From positions 1,056,001 through 1,120,000 of the forward strand of contig CAWCYI010000004.1 of assembly GCA_963799845.1 (NCBI GenBank): a stretch of 64,000 nt of DNA, read 5' to 3'. This DNA comes from an uncultured Nitrososphaerota archaeon (GTDB taxonomy: Archaea; Thermoproteota; Nitrososphaeria; Nitrososphaerales; CADDZS01). Within the stretch, counting starts at the first letter, position 1, and each line of letters begins with the position of its first letter. A program made the translations under genes and the position numbers. This document shows, one piece after another, positions 8,572 through 18,777 of the stretch. Under the pieces are notes generated by a model that searched no databases, was not told the DNA's origin, and was given only the letters and a program-made list of their open reading frames with translations.

Positions 8572-9363
8572 TTGCCTATTCCACTCGTCGAACCATCCGA
8601 GAGACAGGCAGTTCGGAGAATCAAGCGACACATTCACGCCTTGGAGGAAGTCGAGCAGTGCCGAGAAGTGCGAATGTCGTTCACAAGAAAGAAACCGCAT
8701 GTATACGTGCACGTCTGGCTTCGGGGAAACCCTGACTACGAGACTATTCACAGGATCTGCTCAACAATTGAAGTTGTAGTCAGAGTCATTGTCCCAAATG
8801 CAAGGGTAGCAGTGCGTTCAGAACCGAGCGTTGAAGGAACCGAAGAGGCGTGGTATCTCGTCAAGAAAATCGCGGAAGAGGAATCCGGATCTAGGGGCGC
8901 GCACAATATTCATCTAAAGAATGCCGGGGAAACGCTGGGAGTTGATTTTGTTCTTGAAGTGAGCGCGGACATGAACCTAAGACAGGCACATGACGTTTCG
9001 GCTCGGATAGAGAAAAAGATCGTTGCGTCAAATTCTAGAATATCGGAGATAATCATTCACGAAGAGTATGTTTCCGAGCTGATCGCGAGCGAACAATCCG
9101 GTCATGGCACCGAGATAAAATGGTACATTTTCCATGTCGTAATGAGATTTCCTGAAATTAGATTGATTCGGAATCCGACTATTCGACGGGTTGGTGATTT
9201 TTTCCACGTTTCAATCAGAGCAGCATTCAAGACCGGGACTAGTCCAGAGAAAATAAGTGAGGTTACATCAAGACTGGACTCGGCTATCAGAAACGGATAT
9301 CCAGCAATCGAAAAAGTATTCATTGTAACAGACTCGTCATCACGTGCTTCTGATACATTATAG
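8572..9363 (+). CDS. Soluble protein of tandem cation-efflux dimerisation (ZT_dimer-like) domains
   Basis: Three ~80-aa repeats, e.g. AHNIHL...VDFVLEVSADMNLRQAHDVSARIE...IIIHEE; no TM helices. Confidence 0.7.
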   Translation: MPIPLVEPSERQAVRRIKRHIHALEEVEQCREVRMSFTRKKPHVYVHVWLRGNPDYETIHRICSTIEVVVRVIVPNARVAVRSEPSVEGTEEAWYLVKKIAEEESGSRGAHNIHLKNAGETLGVDFVLEVSADMNLRQAHDVSARIEKKIVASNSRISEIIIHEEYVSELIASEQSGHGTEIKWYIFHVVMRFPEIRLIRNPTIRRVGDFFHVSIRAAFKTGTSPEKISEVTSRLDSAIRNGYPAIEKVFIVTDSSSRASDTL

Positions 9364-9441
9364 CGGCGAAGAAGCACGAAATCAAAGAAGCCCGAAGCTT
9401 CGAGAACTGTCGCAGAGTACTGGTCGCTTGAGAGTTCTGAC

Positions 9442-11949
9442 GTGTTCCGAGCTGAGGGCACAAGTGAGCAGGGCTTATCAAGCGAGGAAGCGAGGAATCG
9501 TCTTGCCATTTACGGCCCAAACGAACTGCCAAGGGAAAAATTCAGCTGGATAAAAATTCTCATCAATCAATTCACGAATCCAATGTTCGTAATACTCATC
9601 GTTGTGGCCGTCATTTCAGGATTCCTAGGCCAACCGGAACAATCTGCAATCATACTTGTGATCATAGGTCTGAGCGTAGTTCTCGGATTCTACAACGAAT
9701 TTCGTGCCGAGAAACTCGTCGAGGAGCTGAAGGACACTGTTTCAATAAAGGCTGTCGTCACAAGGGACGCCAAGACGAGCGAGCTCGATTCAGCCTTGCT
9801 TGTTCCGGGTGATCTTGTAACAGTGTACATAGGTGATATCGTCCCCGCCGACATGAGAATAATCGACTCGAAGGAATTACAAGTCAACGAGGCCGTACTG
9901 ACCGGTGAGTCGTTTCCCGTAGATAAGAATCCGGAGAGACTTTCAAACGCACCTTCTGCCCTAACTCAGGCCTCAAACTTGCTCTTCATGGGCACTGTCG
10001 TTACAAAAGGGATCGCTCGTGGAATCGTAACTTCTACAGGCAAGAATACCGAATTCGGCTCGATTTCAAAGAGCCTAGCTCGCGCGCACCCGGAAACAGA
10101 GTTCCAAAAAGGCACAAAGCGATATGGGAACCTGTTACTAACTCTCACGTTCTTTCTTGCAATAGGGATCTTTGGTTTCAATGCTTTAGTGGGACACTCG
10201 TTGCTGAACTCTCTTCTGTTTTCACTCGCAGTTGCAATAGGAATCGTGCCCGAGATGATGCCAGGGATAGTGACAATCACACTGTCACGTGGCGCTCACA
10301 AGATGGCGAAAGAGAAGGTCATTGTAAAGAGGCTTGTTTCAATGGAGAACTTGGGAAATATCAACGTGCTATGCACTGACAAGACCGGTACCTTAACAGA
10401 AGGTAAGATTATTCTGGAGAATTCAATAGCTCCTGACGGTACGGCCTATGAGAGACCTGTCACCTTGTCAGTTGTTTGCAGCGCGGCAACCTTCGTTGGA
10501 GAGAAGATCTCTGGCAATCCCATGGATGTAGCGATTCAGGAGTACGCTATCCAAGAAGGTCTACAAAATTTGGCCGCAGATTACCAGAAGGTCAACGAGG
10601 TTCCGTTTGACTATCATAGACGCATGGTGACTGTCATTGCAAACTGCAAAGACGAACTGATCCTGATCACAAAAGGTGCCCCCGAATCAGTGTTGCAAAA
10701 ATGCAAGTATGTAGAGTGGAATAAAGAAAAGACAGAGATTACTCCTGAGCTTACGGAAGAGATGTCCAAGAATTTCAACAATTTTTCAGAGAAAGGTCTG
10801 CGGGTTCTTGCAGTAGCTTGCGGTGAGACGGGAGCAAAAAGAGAGTACAGCAGCGCAGATGAAACAGATCTCACAATGGTGGGTTTTCTTGTCTTTACAG
10901 ATCCTCCAAAATTGAATGCAGGCAGTGCCATCGCAAAACTCAAGGCGCTTGGGGTGGATACCAAGATTTTGACTGGTGACAATGAATTAATTGCAAAGAA
11001 AGTTTGCGAGGATCTGGGTCTCCACATCAACGGAATCGTTACTGGTTCAGACCTGACTCCATTGAGCTGGGTTGAGTTCAAGTCGCGAGCGGAAGAAGCG
11101 ACAATTTTTGCTAGAGTCACCCCAGATCAAAAGCTAGATCTGATCAAGGCACTAAAGGAAAATGGGCATGTTGTGGGTTACATGGGAGACGGCGTAAACG
11201 ATGCTCCTGCCCTCTATGAAGCAGACGCTGGAATATCTGTAGACTCGGCTGTCGATGTCTCGAAATCAGCAGCCGATATAGTTCTTTTGGAGAAGGATCT
11301 AAATGTTCTCGCAAACGGCGTGGAAGAAGGACGAAGGACCTTCGCCAATACAATGAAGTACGTCCTAATGGGTACGAGTTCAAACTTTGGTAACATGTTC
11401 AGCGCATCCGCTGCTTCCGTGTTCCTCCCCTTCCTGCCGATGCTTCCAATGCAGATTCTTTTCATGAACCTGTTATACAATTTCTCAAATCTGACTCTTC
11501 CAACCGACAATGTTGATCCAGAGTACACCAAATGGCCAAGGCGATGGGACATTGGGTTTGTACGGAATTTCACCTTGTTTTTCGGACCGTTTAGCTCGGT
11601 CTACGACTTCTTGACGTTTGGGATAATGCTGTTCATATTTCAAGCGTCAGCCTCGCTTTTCCAAAGCGGATGGTTTGTCGAATCCTTCTGGACGGAGGTA
11701 TTGATCATATTTGTGATCAGAACAAGACGTATTCCGTTTTACAAAAGCCGGCCTGGTAAGTGGCTCACGGTCTTGACGCTGGGTTGCGTGGCGTTCGGTA
11801 CGGTACTACCATTTACAACGCTGGGTAGTTTCTTGGGTTTTGTGCCACTGCCACTTGGCTTCTGGGTACTAAACATACTCATGACTGCCACCTACCTGCT
11901 ACTAGTAGACGCAGGTAAGGTCTTCTTTTACAGGGTGTGCGGATTTTGA
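9442..11949 (+). CDS. mgtA: Magnesium-translocating P-type ATPase (P3B)
   Basis: TGES, PEMMP, DKTGTLT and MGDGVND motifs; FQSGWFVES and FVIRTRRIPF are typical of MgtA; start codon uncertain. Confidence 0.92.
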   Translation: MFRAEGTSEQGLSSEEARNRLAIYGPNELPREKFSWIKILINQFTNPMFVILIVVAVISGFLGQPEQSAIILVIIGLSVVLGFYNEFRAEKLVEELKDTVSIKAVVTRDAKTSELDSALLVPGDLVTVYIGDIVPADMRIIDSKELQVNEAVLTGESFPVDKNPERLSNAPSALTQASNLLFMGTVVTKGIARGIVTSTGKNTEFGSISKSLARAHPETEFQKGTKRYGNLLLTLTFFLAIGIFGFNALVGHSLLNSLLFSLAVAIGIVPEMMPGIVTITLSRGAHKMAKEKVIVKRLVSMENLGNINVLCTDKTGTLTEGKIILENSIAPDGTAYERPVTLSVVCSAATFVGEKISGNPMDVAIQEYAIQEGLQNLAADYQKVNEVPFDYHRRMVTVIANCKDELILITKGAPESVLQKCKYVEWNKEKTEITPELTEEMSKNFNNFSEKGLRVLAVACGETGAKREYSSADETDLTMVGFLVFTDPPKLNAGSAIAKLKALGVDTKILTGDNELIAKKVCEDLGLHINGIVTGSDLTPLSWVEFKSRAEEATIFARVTPDQKLDLIKALKENGHVVGYMGDGVNDAPALYEADAGISVDSAVDVSKSAADIVLLEKDLNVLANGVEEGRRTFANTMKYVLMGTSSNFGNMFSASAASVFLPFLPMLPMQILFMNLLYNFSNLTLPTDNVDPEYTKWPRRWDIGFVRNFTLFFGPFSSVYDFLTFGIMLFIFQASASLFQSGWFVESFWTEVLIIFVIRTRRIPFYKSRPGKWLTVLTLGCVAFGTVLPFTTLGSFLGFVPLPLGFWVLNILMTATYLLLVDAGKVFFYRVCGF

Positions 11950-11969
11950 AGGGAGCTAGTTGAGAGGGA

Positions 11970-12263
11970 ATGGTTTACGCGGATCTGTTTGGCTGGTGGA
12001 TCGGCACAATCAGCTGGAGTATCGCCTTTCCAATCGTGGTGAGCATTTACTTGCATCGGCGTAGAATTCGGTCATCAACGGCCCAAGTGAGAAAGAAGGT
12101 CCAGTGGGTAAGAGACTTTACGTTTGTATGGTTTCTATTGGGTCTTCTTATTTTCTACATAATTACAGTAAGTCAAGGGTCGTCTTTAGAGTTCGGGATT
12201 GGGAATATCGCCTTCGAGTTGTTGCTCATCACATACGCTTTCAAAAACAGACAGAAAAATTAG
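11970..12263 (+). CDS. Small membrane protein (3 TM)
   Basis: Hydrophobic segments; SD-like GAGGG before ATG; 20 bp after mgtA. Confidence 0.7.
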   Translation: MVYADLFGWWIGTISWSIAFPIVVSIYLHRRRIRSSTAQVRKKVQWVRDFTFVWFLLGLLIFYIITVSQGSSLEFGIGNIAFELLLITYAFKNRQKN

Positions 12264-12359
12264 TCCTCAGAGATGAAGTACAGGATATTCGCCATCGTAA
12301 TGACAAACACTGATAGACACGCTCTAAGTTGAATCAAAGGTTGACTTCAAAAGTCGAGC

Positions 12360-12377
12360 GTTATCATTGTTGAGAAT
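12360..12377 (+). promoter_or_regulatory. Operator variant GTTATCA-ttgt-TGAGAAT
   Basis: 12 bp upstream of TTAAAA (12390). Confidence 0.6.
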
Positions 12378-12455
12378 CGTATTCGGGTCTTAAAAGAATG
12401 GAAGAGCATTATGTGCTCGCTGTGGTTCAGCTTGACGAATGGTGATATTATAAGT

Positions 12456-12572
12456 ATGGAAGTATCAAATGATGCACTCGTAATCTGCGATTCGAGATTT
12501 GGAAATACAAAGAAAATAAGAGAGGGGAAAAAGTTGAGGAGATCGGAAAGTCTTTCTCAGCCATCACAATAG
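12456..12572 (+). pseudogene. Truncated flavodoxin remnant
   Basis: Manual translation MEVSNDALVICDSRFGNTKKI... matches the flavodoxin N-terminal S-x-x-G-N-T loop, then stops at 38 aa. Confidence 0.6.
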
Positions 12573-12587
12573 GGAGGAGATGCAAGT

Positions 12588-12857
12588 ATGAGCGTTGTCA
12601 GCGAACGTAGATCAGCGACAGGATATGAAGGCCCCATAGCTCCTATCATTGCATCAATTGTTGGAATTATTGTGTGGCTTGTTTTTTTCTTGGTTTATGC
12701 GCTGTAATGGTCAAAGAGTTTTGATCTTTTTCAAAACGTCATTGTCACGATGGTCTCGCTCACAATCGCTACAGTGTTGATCGGCTTGATGTGGCTCATC
12801 TGGTTCAAACCAACGGGTGAGCTCCGAAGACCTTTAAAAGAAACATCTGCCAATTGA
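12588..12857 (+). pseudogene. Two-TM membrane protein interrupted by in-frame TAA (12705-12707)
   Basis: MSVVSERR...VWLVFFLVYAL*WSKSFDLFQNVIVTMVSL...; the hydrophobic frame continues after the stop. Confidence 0.6.
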
Positions 12858-12961
12858 GCGGCCGCGACAAAAACCGATCTGTTATCAATTGCATCACTTC
12901 CTTAGATGAAATATCAGTTTCTGGGGCCATGGGAAACTCTTAGGTTCTCGATCCCCATCGT

Positions 12962-13840
12962 ATGTCGAATAAATTGGTATACGCTGAGCTTGCTGGGATT
13001 AAGTTAGGAGACGACTATCCTGTCAGAATAATGGGAATCATTAACGTCAGTCCCGAGTCCTTCTACAAGGGCTCGGTGAAATCGAGACCGGATGACGCTT
13101 CTGAACTTGCCGCCGAGATGGTGAAGGAAGGCGCGGATATTATCGATGTAGGCGGAATGTCGACTGCCCCTTATCTCGTAACGGAGATTTCCATCGAAGA
13201 GGAGACCAAGAGATTGATGACAGCGATCAAAGCGATCAGGGAAGCTGTTAAAGTACCGATATCAGTTGATACTCCCAGGTTGGCTCCAGCAGAAGCTTCT
13301 CTGGAAGCCGGAGCGAAAATTGTTAATGATGTAAGCGGTCTGAAGCATGACGCGCGAATGGCAGACCTCATCACAAAACATGATGCTTCCGCTATCCTGA
13401 TGGCCTTCGAAATGAAGAATAGCTCCGGTCCACCCATGGAAAGAATCACGTCAGCATTGAGAGAAACACTCGACTTGAGCAGCAGGGTTGGAATACCAGA
13501 GAAGAAGATCGTGATTGATCCTGGTCTGGGATTTTTTCGCAAGGATGGAAGAGGATTTGGATTCTCACCTTCCAGCGAACTTCCTTGGTACGCGTGGGAT
13601 TGTACCGTTATTAGGGAGCTTGGTCAACTTCGAAGTTTGGGCAGGCCTTCGTGCATCTCGATATCAAGAAAGTCCTTCATTGGCAAGATACTCGGGATCG
13701 AAAATCCTGACGAGCGGCTGATCGGTTCGCTTGCAGCGACATCAATTGCCGTCTTTAACGGGACTCACCTAGTTAGAACTCACGACGTCGGCGCAACCGT
13801 TCAGGCAGTAAGATTGGCTGAGAGTATCAGGAAGCGATGA
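12962..13840 (+). CDS. folP: Dihydropteroate synthase
   Basis: IMGIINVSPESF, DVGGMST, SVDT, DPGLGF, SRKSFIG and RTHDV motifs. Confidence 0.95.
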   Translation: MSNKLVYAELAGIKLGDDYPVRIMGIINVSPESFYKGSVKSRPDDASELAAEMVKEGADIIDVGGMSTAPYLVTEISIEEETKRLMTAIKAIREAVKVPISVDTPRLAPAEASLEAGAKIVNDVSGLKHDARMADLITKHDASAILMAFEMKNSSGPPMERITSALRETLDLSSRVGIPEKKIVIDPGLGFFRKDGRGFGFSPSSELPWYAWDCTVIRELGQLRSLGRPSCISISRKSFIGKILGIENPDERLIGSLAATSIAVFNGTHLVRTHDVGATVQAVRLAESIRKR

Positions 13841-13873
13841 GGATGACAGAATGCGATATCCCCGAAGCTGTGA

Positions 13874-14233
13874 TTGATTGTGGATAAGATCTTCATCGAG
13901 AATATGGTGGTGCCGTGCAGGGTGGGCATCACCGAGAAAGAAAGGGGTAGAAGGCAGACTGTAATCGTTGACCTTTACATCTTCCGCGACTTGACGGATG
14001 CGGGTATTACGGATGACCCTGATAAGACATCAAGCTATTCAGAAATTAGGGAGAATGTATTCGACTTTGTCTCAAAGGGCGAGTTCAGACTTCTGGAGAG
14101 CATCGCCGAGGGAATAGCTTCTCTCCTTCTCGAGAATACCGTTGTAATGAAAGTGAAGGTCAGGGTTCGGAAGAAAAAATACGCGACAAGTCCAGGCATT
14201 GGAATAGAGATTATGAGGACTCGCCATGGTTGA
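13874..14233 (+). CDS. folB: Dihydroneopterin aldolase (bacterial type)
   Basis: DKIFI...VGITEKE...QTVIVD...Y...FRLLESIAE...VRK; lies between folP and folK. Confidence 0.9.
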   Translation: MIVDKIFIENMVVPCRVGITEKERGRRQTVIVDLYIFRDLTDAGITDDPDKTSSYSEIRENVFDFVSKGEFRLLESIAEGIASLLLENTVVMKVKVRVRKKKYATSPGIGIEIMRTRHG

Positions 14234-14714
14234 TGTCTTTATCGGTCTTGGATCAAATCTTGACGATAGGGAGGGCAACCTGAGGAGGGCCGTAGAATTA
14301 CTGAAACAGAAGATGAAACTCGTCAAGGTCTCTTCTCTTTACGAGTCAGAACCAATGTACGTGAAAGACCAGCCTTGGTTCTTGAATTGTGTCGCGGAGT
14401 TCGAGACCAAACTTACTCCGGTAGAACTCCTGGATTATCTTCGTGAAATCGAAAGAAAGTTGAGAAGACAAGAGAGTGTGAGGTACGGTCCCAGGTCCAT
14501 CGATCTGGATATCTTATTCTACGGAAATGAAGTCGTAGAGAAAAACGGATTGAAAATTCCCCATCCCAGGATCCAAGAGAGGCGATTTGTCTTGGTTCCC
14601 CTCGAAGAGATTGATCCAGATTACATTCACCCGGTTTATCGAAGTAGTATTTCCACTCTCCTCGCTAATCTGAAATCGAACGAGTTGGTCCGAAAGGTTG
14701 AACAGTCAATTTAG
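14226..14714 (+). CDS. folK: 6-hydroxymethyl-7,8-dihydropterin pyrophosphokinase (bacterial type)
   Basis: IGLGSN, QPWFLN, GPRSIDLDIL and IPHPRIQERRFVLVPL motifs. Confidence 0.96.
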   Translation: MVDVFIGLGSNLDDREGNLRRAVELLKQKMKLVKVSSLYESEPMYVKDQPWFLNCVAEFETKLTPVELLDYLREIERKLRRQESVRYGPRSIDLDILFYGNEVVEKNGLKIPHPRIQERRFVLVPLEEIDPDYIHPVYRSSISTLLANLKSNELVRKVEQSI

Positions 14715-15011
14715 GGCACATATGGGGACGATACTTACGAGAAAATAGCTATCCCTAGCTATAACTCTATCCTGTACTCTCGCGCTTTTAATAGCAGTTC
14801 CCATTGATTCTTATATAGAAAAAATTCTGCCGTTTAGCAACCGCGCGTACCTTTTGGCCGAAGAGTTACGTTCAAGCTCTGTTCAATTGAAGCAGCTTGT
14901 TTCACCTCTGTAGCTAAAACAGAGCTCGAAACACCGAGTTCGATTTTCTTCTTCTGCCTCTTTTCCTGCCTAACTGTCAGGGGTCAATTCTTATCTTAGA
15001 AAGTATCACTC

Positions 15012-15548
15012 GTGAAACTGGCGATAGGCGTAATAACGAGCCCGCAAGCTGGAAATCCGACAAAATTGACAGTAGACATTGCAGTCAAGACGACACCAAG
15101 CTACAAAGTAGCGTCACTTGAAAAAGTGGGTTCCGAAGGCTCTGATCCGCTCCGGCGAGAATTTTCAGAACTGGAAAAGTGGGCGAAAAAACAGAAGGTC
15201 AAAACCGGGAGATGGATATTCTACTTTTTTGAGACTGGGAGGGCGCCGAGTCGATACAAATTCGAAGCGTGTTTAGAGATAAGAGGGAATCCAAAGCCGG
15301 AGGGAAAGATCAAGCTTAAAACACTTCCAAAGCTGACCGTGGCGGGCGTAAAGTTCAACCCTGACCACGTTGCCCCGAGGCTGGTTTACAACGGAGTCTA
15401 CGGTTGGCTGGATGAGAATGACATGTACAAAGTGTCCGGTCCGTTCTCAAGGGAAATTTATTTCGGAAATCCGTGGACTGATTCTTGGGCGTGGGCTCGT
15501 GCTGAAATCCAAGTTCCAGCTGAAAAAAAGTCGAAGAAAAAACGCTGA
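15012..15548 (+). CDS. GyrI-like small-molecule binding domain protein
   Basis: LEKWAK...FEACLEI...VYGWL...REIY...EIQVP pattern. Confidence 0.7.
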   Translation: MKLAIGVITSPQAGNPTKLTVDIAVKTTPSYKVASLEKVGSEGSDPLRREFSELEKWAKKQKVKTGRWIFYFFETGRAPSRYKFEACLEIRGNPKPEGKIKLKTLPKLTVAGVKFNPDHVAPRLVYNGVYGWLDENDMYKVSGPFSREIYFGNPWTDSWAWARAEIQVPAEKKSKKKR

Positions 15549-15558
15549 TCTCTAAGAA

Positions 15559-17404
15559 TTAGATTTCAATTTCCTTACCCGTCCTCCCGTCGATCCACAC
15601 GTGCCGAGTTCTCCCTTTCAGGATGATTTCGGCCACGTAAACTGGATAGTAGATGTGCCTGAAACTATCCACGTCGGCGCCCTCCCAAAGTCCCTTTACC
15701 GCCTCTCGTACCTGAGGCTCTTTTATCTTCAATTTTGAGAGCTTGAACCCATCGGAAGGAGTAAGCTCGTTCAGCTTCAGAAGCGGCTGGCTGATCAAAT
15801 CTATTTTCGGAATGTCCAAGAGCCGCCTGTACATCTTCGCCCGACCGCTCTTTGTTGAACGGACGAGTCGCCTGTCTTCGAGCCCCTTGAGGAATCGGCG
15901 GGTTTCTTCGGTCTCCCTCTTCGCGACACCAGCGATCTCGATCAGGCTCAAATCCCTGTCCGGGTACAGCGCTTTTAAAATCGCAATGTGCCCTTCGTCT
16001 AGCGTCAACAGTTTTTCGAATCCTTTTTTCGTGCCAAGTCTATCTGTGACCTCCGCGAGCTTACCGCTCATGCCGTCCAGAAGGAAATATTTCGTGTCAA
16101 ATTTTTTCTTGATGAGGCCTGCCCTAATTCTTACGCCCACCTCCACCAACGGCCTAAAAACCAGGGCCACTCCCGTTACGTTTTCCTTCTGCCCAAACAA
16201 CCTGTACGTCTTCTCAAGCTTGATGAGAGCGGGAACCGACTCGGCCTGTATCATCGGGGCGAGTCCCATGATTTTGGAATCGGAATCAGTCCCGGCTCTA
16301 ATCGGCTCAAAGTCTACTGAGTCGCTCTCTGGAATATCCTCGGATTGATTGTCTTCGAATTGAGCTCCCAACTCTTCCACGACATCCGAAATCTCCTTTC
16401 TCGGCACGACAGCGGTCGTCTCAGGTTTGGGCAGCGCAACCGCCGTCTCTTTTTTCTCCTGTACCAGGACGGCGGTCTCCTGCTCGTCCGGAAGCGCAAT
16501 CGCCGTTTCCCGCGGCGTACCCAGCTGGATCGTCTCCAATATTTTCCCAACAGAATCTCCTACCACGGTCGGGTGGAGTTTCGGGGTCATTCCGCCATGA
16601 CGCGTCTCCCGAGCGCGTATCTTCACTTTTTCTGGCTCCTGCACTATGCCACCGAGGGCAAAAAATTCACCGGGAGATAGTGCGGTCAGCTGATTTGGGG
16701 GCCCGTGGTTTGAAAAAAACTGCGCGACAGAGTTCAGGTCGTTCTTGATTACGAGTTTTCCAATTAACTGGTTCGAGCACTGGCTCAAAATATTCTTGTC
16801 GACAACAGAGGGCCTCTGGGTGCATAGCATCAATCCAAGGCCTCGCTTTCGGCCGCGGCGCGCGATCTCGTCGAAGATGGGAAGCCTATCGCCAACCTGC
16901 GGGGAGAATCGATCCGCCTCCTCTAAAATGACGAGATAAGGCGTCCTCCGTCTGGATATTTCTCGATAGAGCTCGATGAGAAATTCGCTTACCTTCTCGC
17001 GTGGCTTAACCGCTTCCGAGAGATCAAACACTATCGGTGGACAATCTGGGGCTCTCTTCGCAAGCAATTTTAGATCAAACTTGTTCCTCCAGCGGAGATC
17101 GCTTTTTTCATCATCTCCAACCCAGATGACTTCGAATTTTTCTTTGAGCCCCGAATATTCGCCTTCAATGTCCACAATCACAAAAGGAACCTTGTTCTTG
17201 CATAGTTCCTCGCAAATCACTCCCACGGTGTAGACTCTTGCCGCTCCCGCTGCTTCCGATGACACAAGTTCTCCCGGTTGCGATCAAATCCGGACTCACC
17301 TGAAATGGCTGTGCATCCTCTTCCTCCAAAAAAAACGGAGTATCCCCACCAATTTCTCCTTTGGAAATTATTGTCCCGAGATTCAGAAGCTGTTCGGCAG
17401 ACAT
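15559..17404 (-). CDS. HerA/FtsK-superfamily (DUF87-like) ATPase with C-terminal wHTH; frameshift at ~17233
   Basis: Walker A GSSGSGKS in ORF 17165-17470 joins YTVGVICEEL in ORF 15559-17265 if one base is removed; Walker B LVILEEAD; RRGRKRG and TQRP motifs. Confidence 0.85.
16395..16520 (-). repeat. Four degenerate ~10-codon tandem repeats (ETAxxxx) in the ATPase linker
   Basis: ETAIALPDEQ-ETAVLVQEKK-ETAVALPKP-ETTAVVPRK. Confidence 0.6.
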
Positions 17405-17646
17405 CGCGGGAAACGCTAGGTAGAAAGCTTCTATTAACTTGTCTAAGATCACTCTCGACTTTCGAGACATGAAAAGGCATTTGCTGAAATCCGGTTATTC
17501 TCGCCATCAGAATTCTACCCGGATCGATTAAAGAAAATTTTCCGTTTTCTTAACGAGAGCATGTATCTTTCCAAAACTGAATTCTGACTTTCCGGACAAC
17601 ATTAATACCGCTCTCAAAAAATCCGAAATAACGATCATTAGATAAG

Positions 17647-18777
17647 TTGGGAACAATGAAGATCTCGAAAATCGATGCAACTCCCGTACGCATGCCGATG
17701 CGCCTTTTCACAGATGCCTATTCCGGGTATGACAGGGGCGAGTTTGCCCTAGTCAAGATCGAGACAGACGAGGGGATAATCGGATACGGAGAGGCTCCTT
17801 GCAGCGTCACCGTCGGATTTTACGGCGAGACGCTCGAGACTGTTACACTTTCGCTGAGGAATATCCTCGCACCAAAATTGATTGGAGAAGATCCACTGAA
17901 CATACGGAAACTCACCTCAATCATGGACGTGGCTCAGGGGAATTCGTTTATCGCAAAGACCGGCGTCGACATCGCCCTGCATGATCTGATCGGGAAAATT
18001 CTCAAAGTCCCTGTTAGCACGCTTCTCGGTGGTAGACAGAGGGACAGAATAAAGGCGTGCTCCGAAATCGGCATCGTCAAGTCCAGCGAGATGGCTTCAG
18101 AAGCTTTGCGCCTCGTCGAAATCGGCTTCAAGGCAATAAAAATCAAGGCTGGAAGCGACGTCGAGGACGAGATGAAGGGCGTGAAAAATGTCCGGGATGC
18201 CGTTGGAGATGACATCGAACTCAGAGTTGATCCTAACGCGGGCTGGTCGCGGGAATCGACCCTCAAAGCTACGAAGACTTTACTGAAATGCAATGTGCGA
18301 TATCTTGAGCAGCCGCTTCCGGGCTGGGATCTCGAAGGGCTTTCGAGGGTACGCAAGAGTACTGGTATGCAGATTATGGTTGATGAGAGCGTGTGGACCC
18401 CTCAGGACGTAGCCAGGGTATCCAAAGCTCAGGCTGCGGACATTGTCAACATAAAGATAACAAAGACGTGCGGTTTGAAAAAAGCAATCGAGGTCTACGA
18501 CACCGCCACCGCGCACGGATTGCCGTGCGTTATCGGAACTGAGCTGGAATCATGCATGGGCTTGCCTGCAAAACTTCACATCGCCGCAGCGCTTGAGAAG
18601 CTGCCATTTGCTTGCGAATTTACCGAGGTCGCTTTCCAGAAAATCGCACTCAATGGTTCTGTGAAACTGGATGGCGAAGGATGTATCTCTGTACCTCAGG
18701 GACACGGGCTCGGCATCGATCCCGACTTGAAAATGATAGAGGGGCACATAGCGAGTGAGGGGACAAGAACTCAATGA
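17647..18777 (+). CDS. Mandelate racemase/muconate lactonizing enzyme family protein
   Basis: KIK, DPN, EQP, DES and NIK catalytic/metal-ligand motifs. Confidence 0.9.
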   Translation: MGTMKISKIDATPVRMPMRLFTDAYSGYDRGEFALVKIETDEGIIGYGEAPCSVTVGFYGETLETVTLSLRNILAPKLIGEDPLNIRKLTSIMDVAQGNSFIAKTGVDIALHDLIGKILKVPVSTLLGGRQRDRIKACSEIGIVKSSEMASEALRLVEIGFKAIKIKAGSDVEDEMKGVKNVRDAVGDDIELRVDPNAGWSRESTLKATKTLLKCNVRYLEQPLPGWDLEGLSRVRKSTGMQIMVDESVWTPQDVARVSKAQAADIVNIKITKTCGLKKAIEVYDTATAHGLPCVIGTELESCMGLPAKLHIAAALEKLPFACEFTEVAFQKIALNGSVKLDGEGCISVPQGHGLGIDPDLKMIEGHIASEGTRTQ

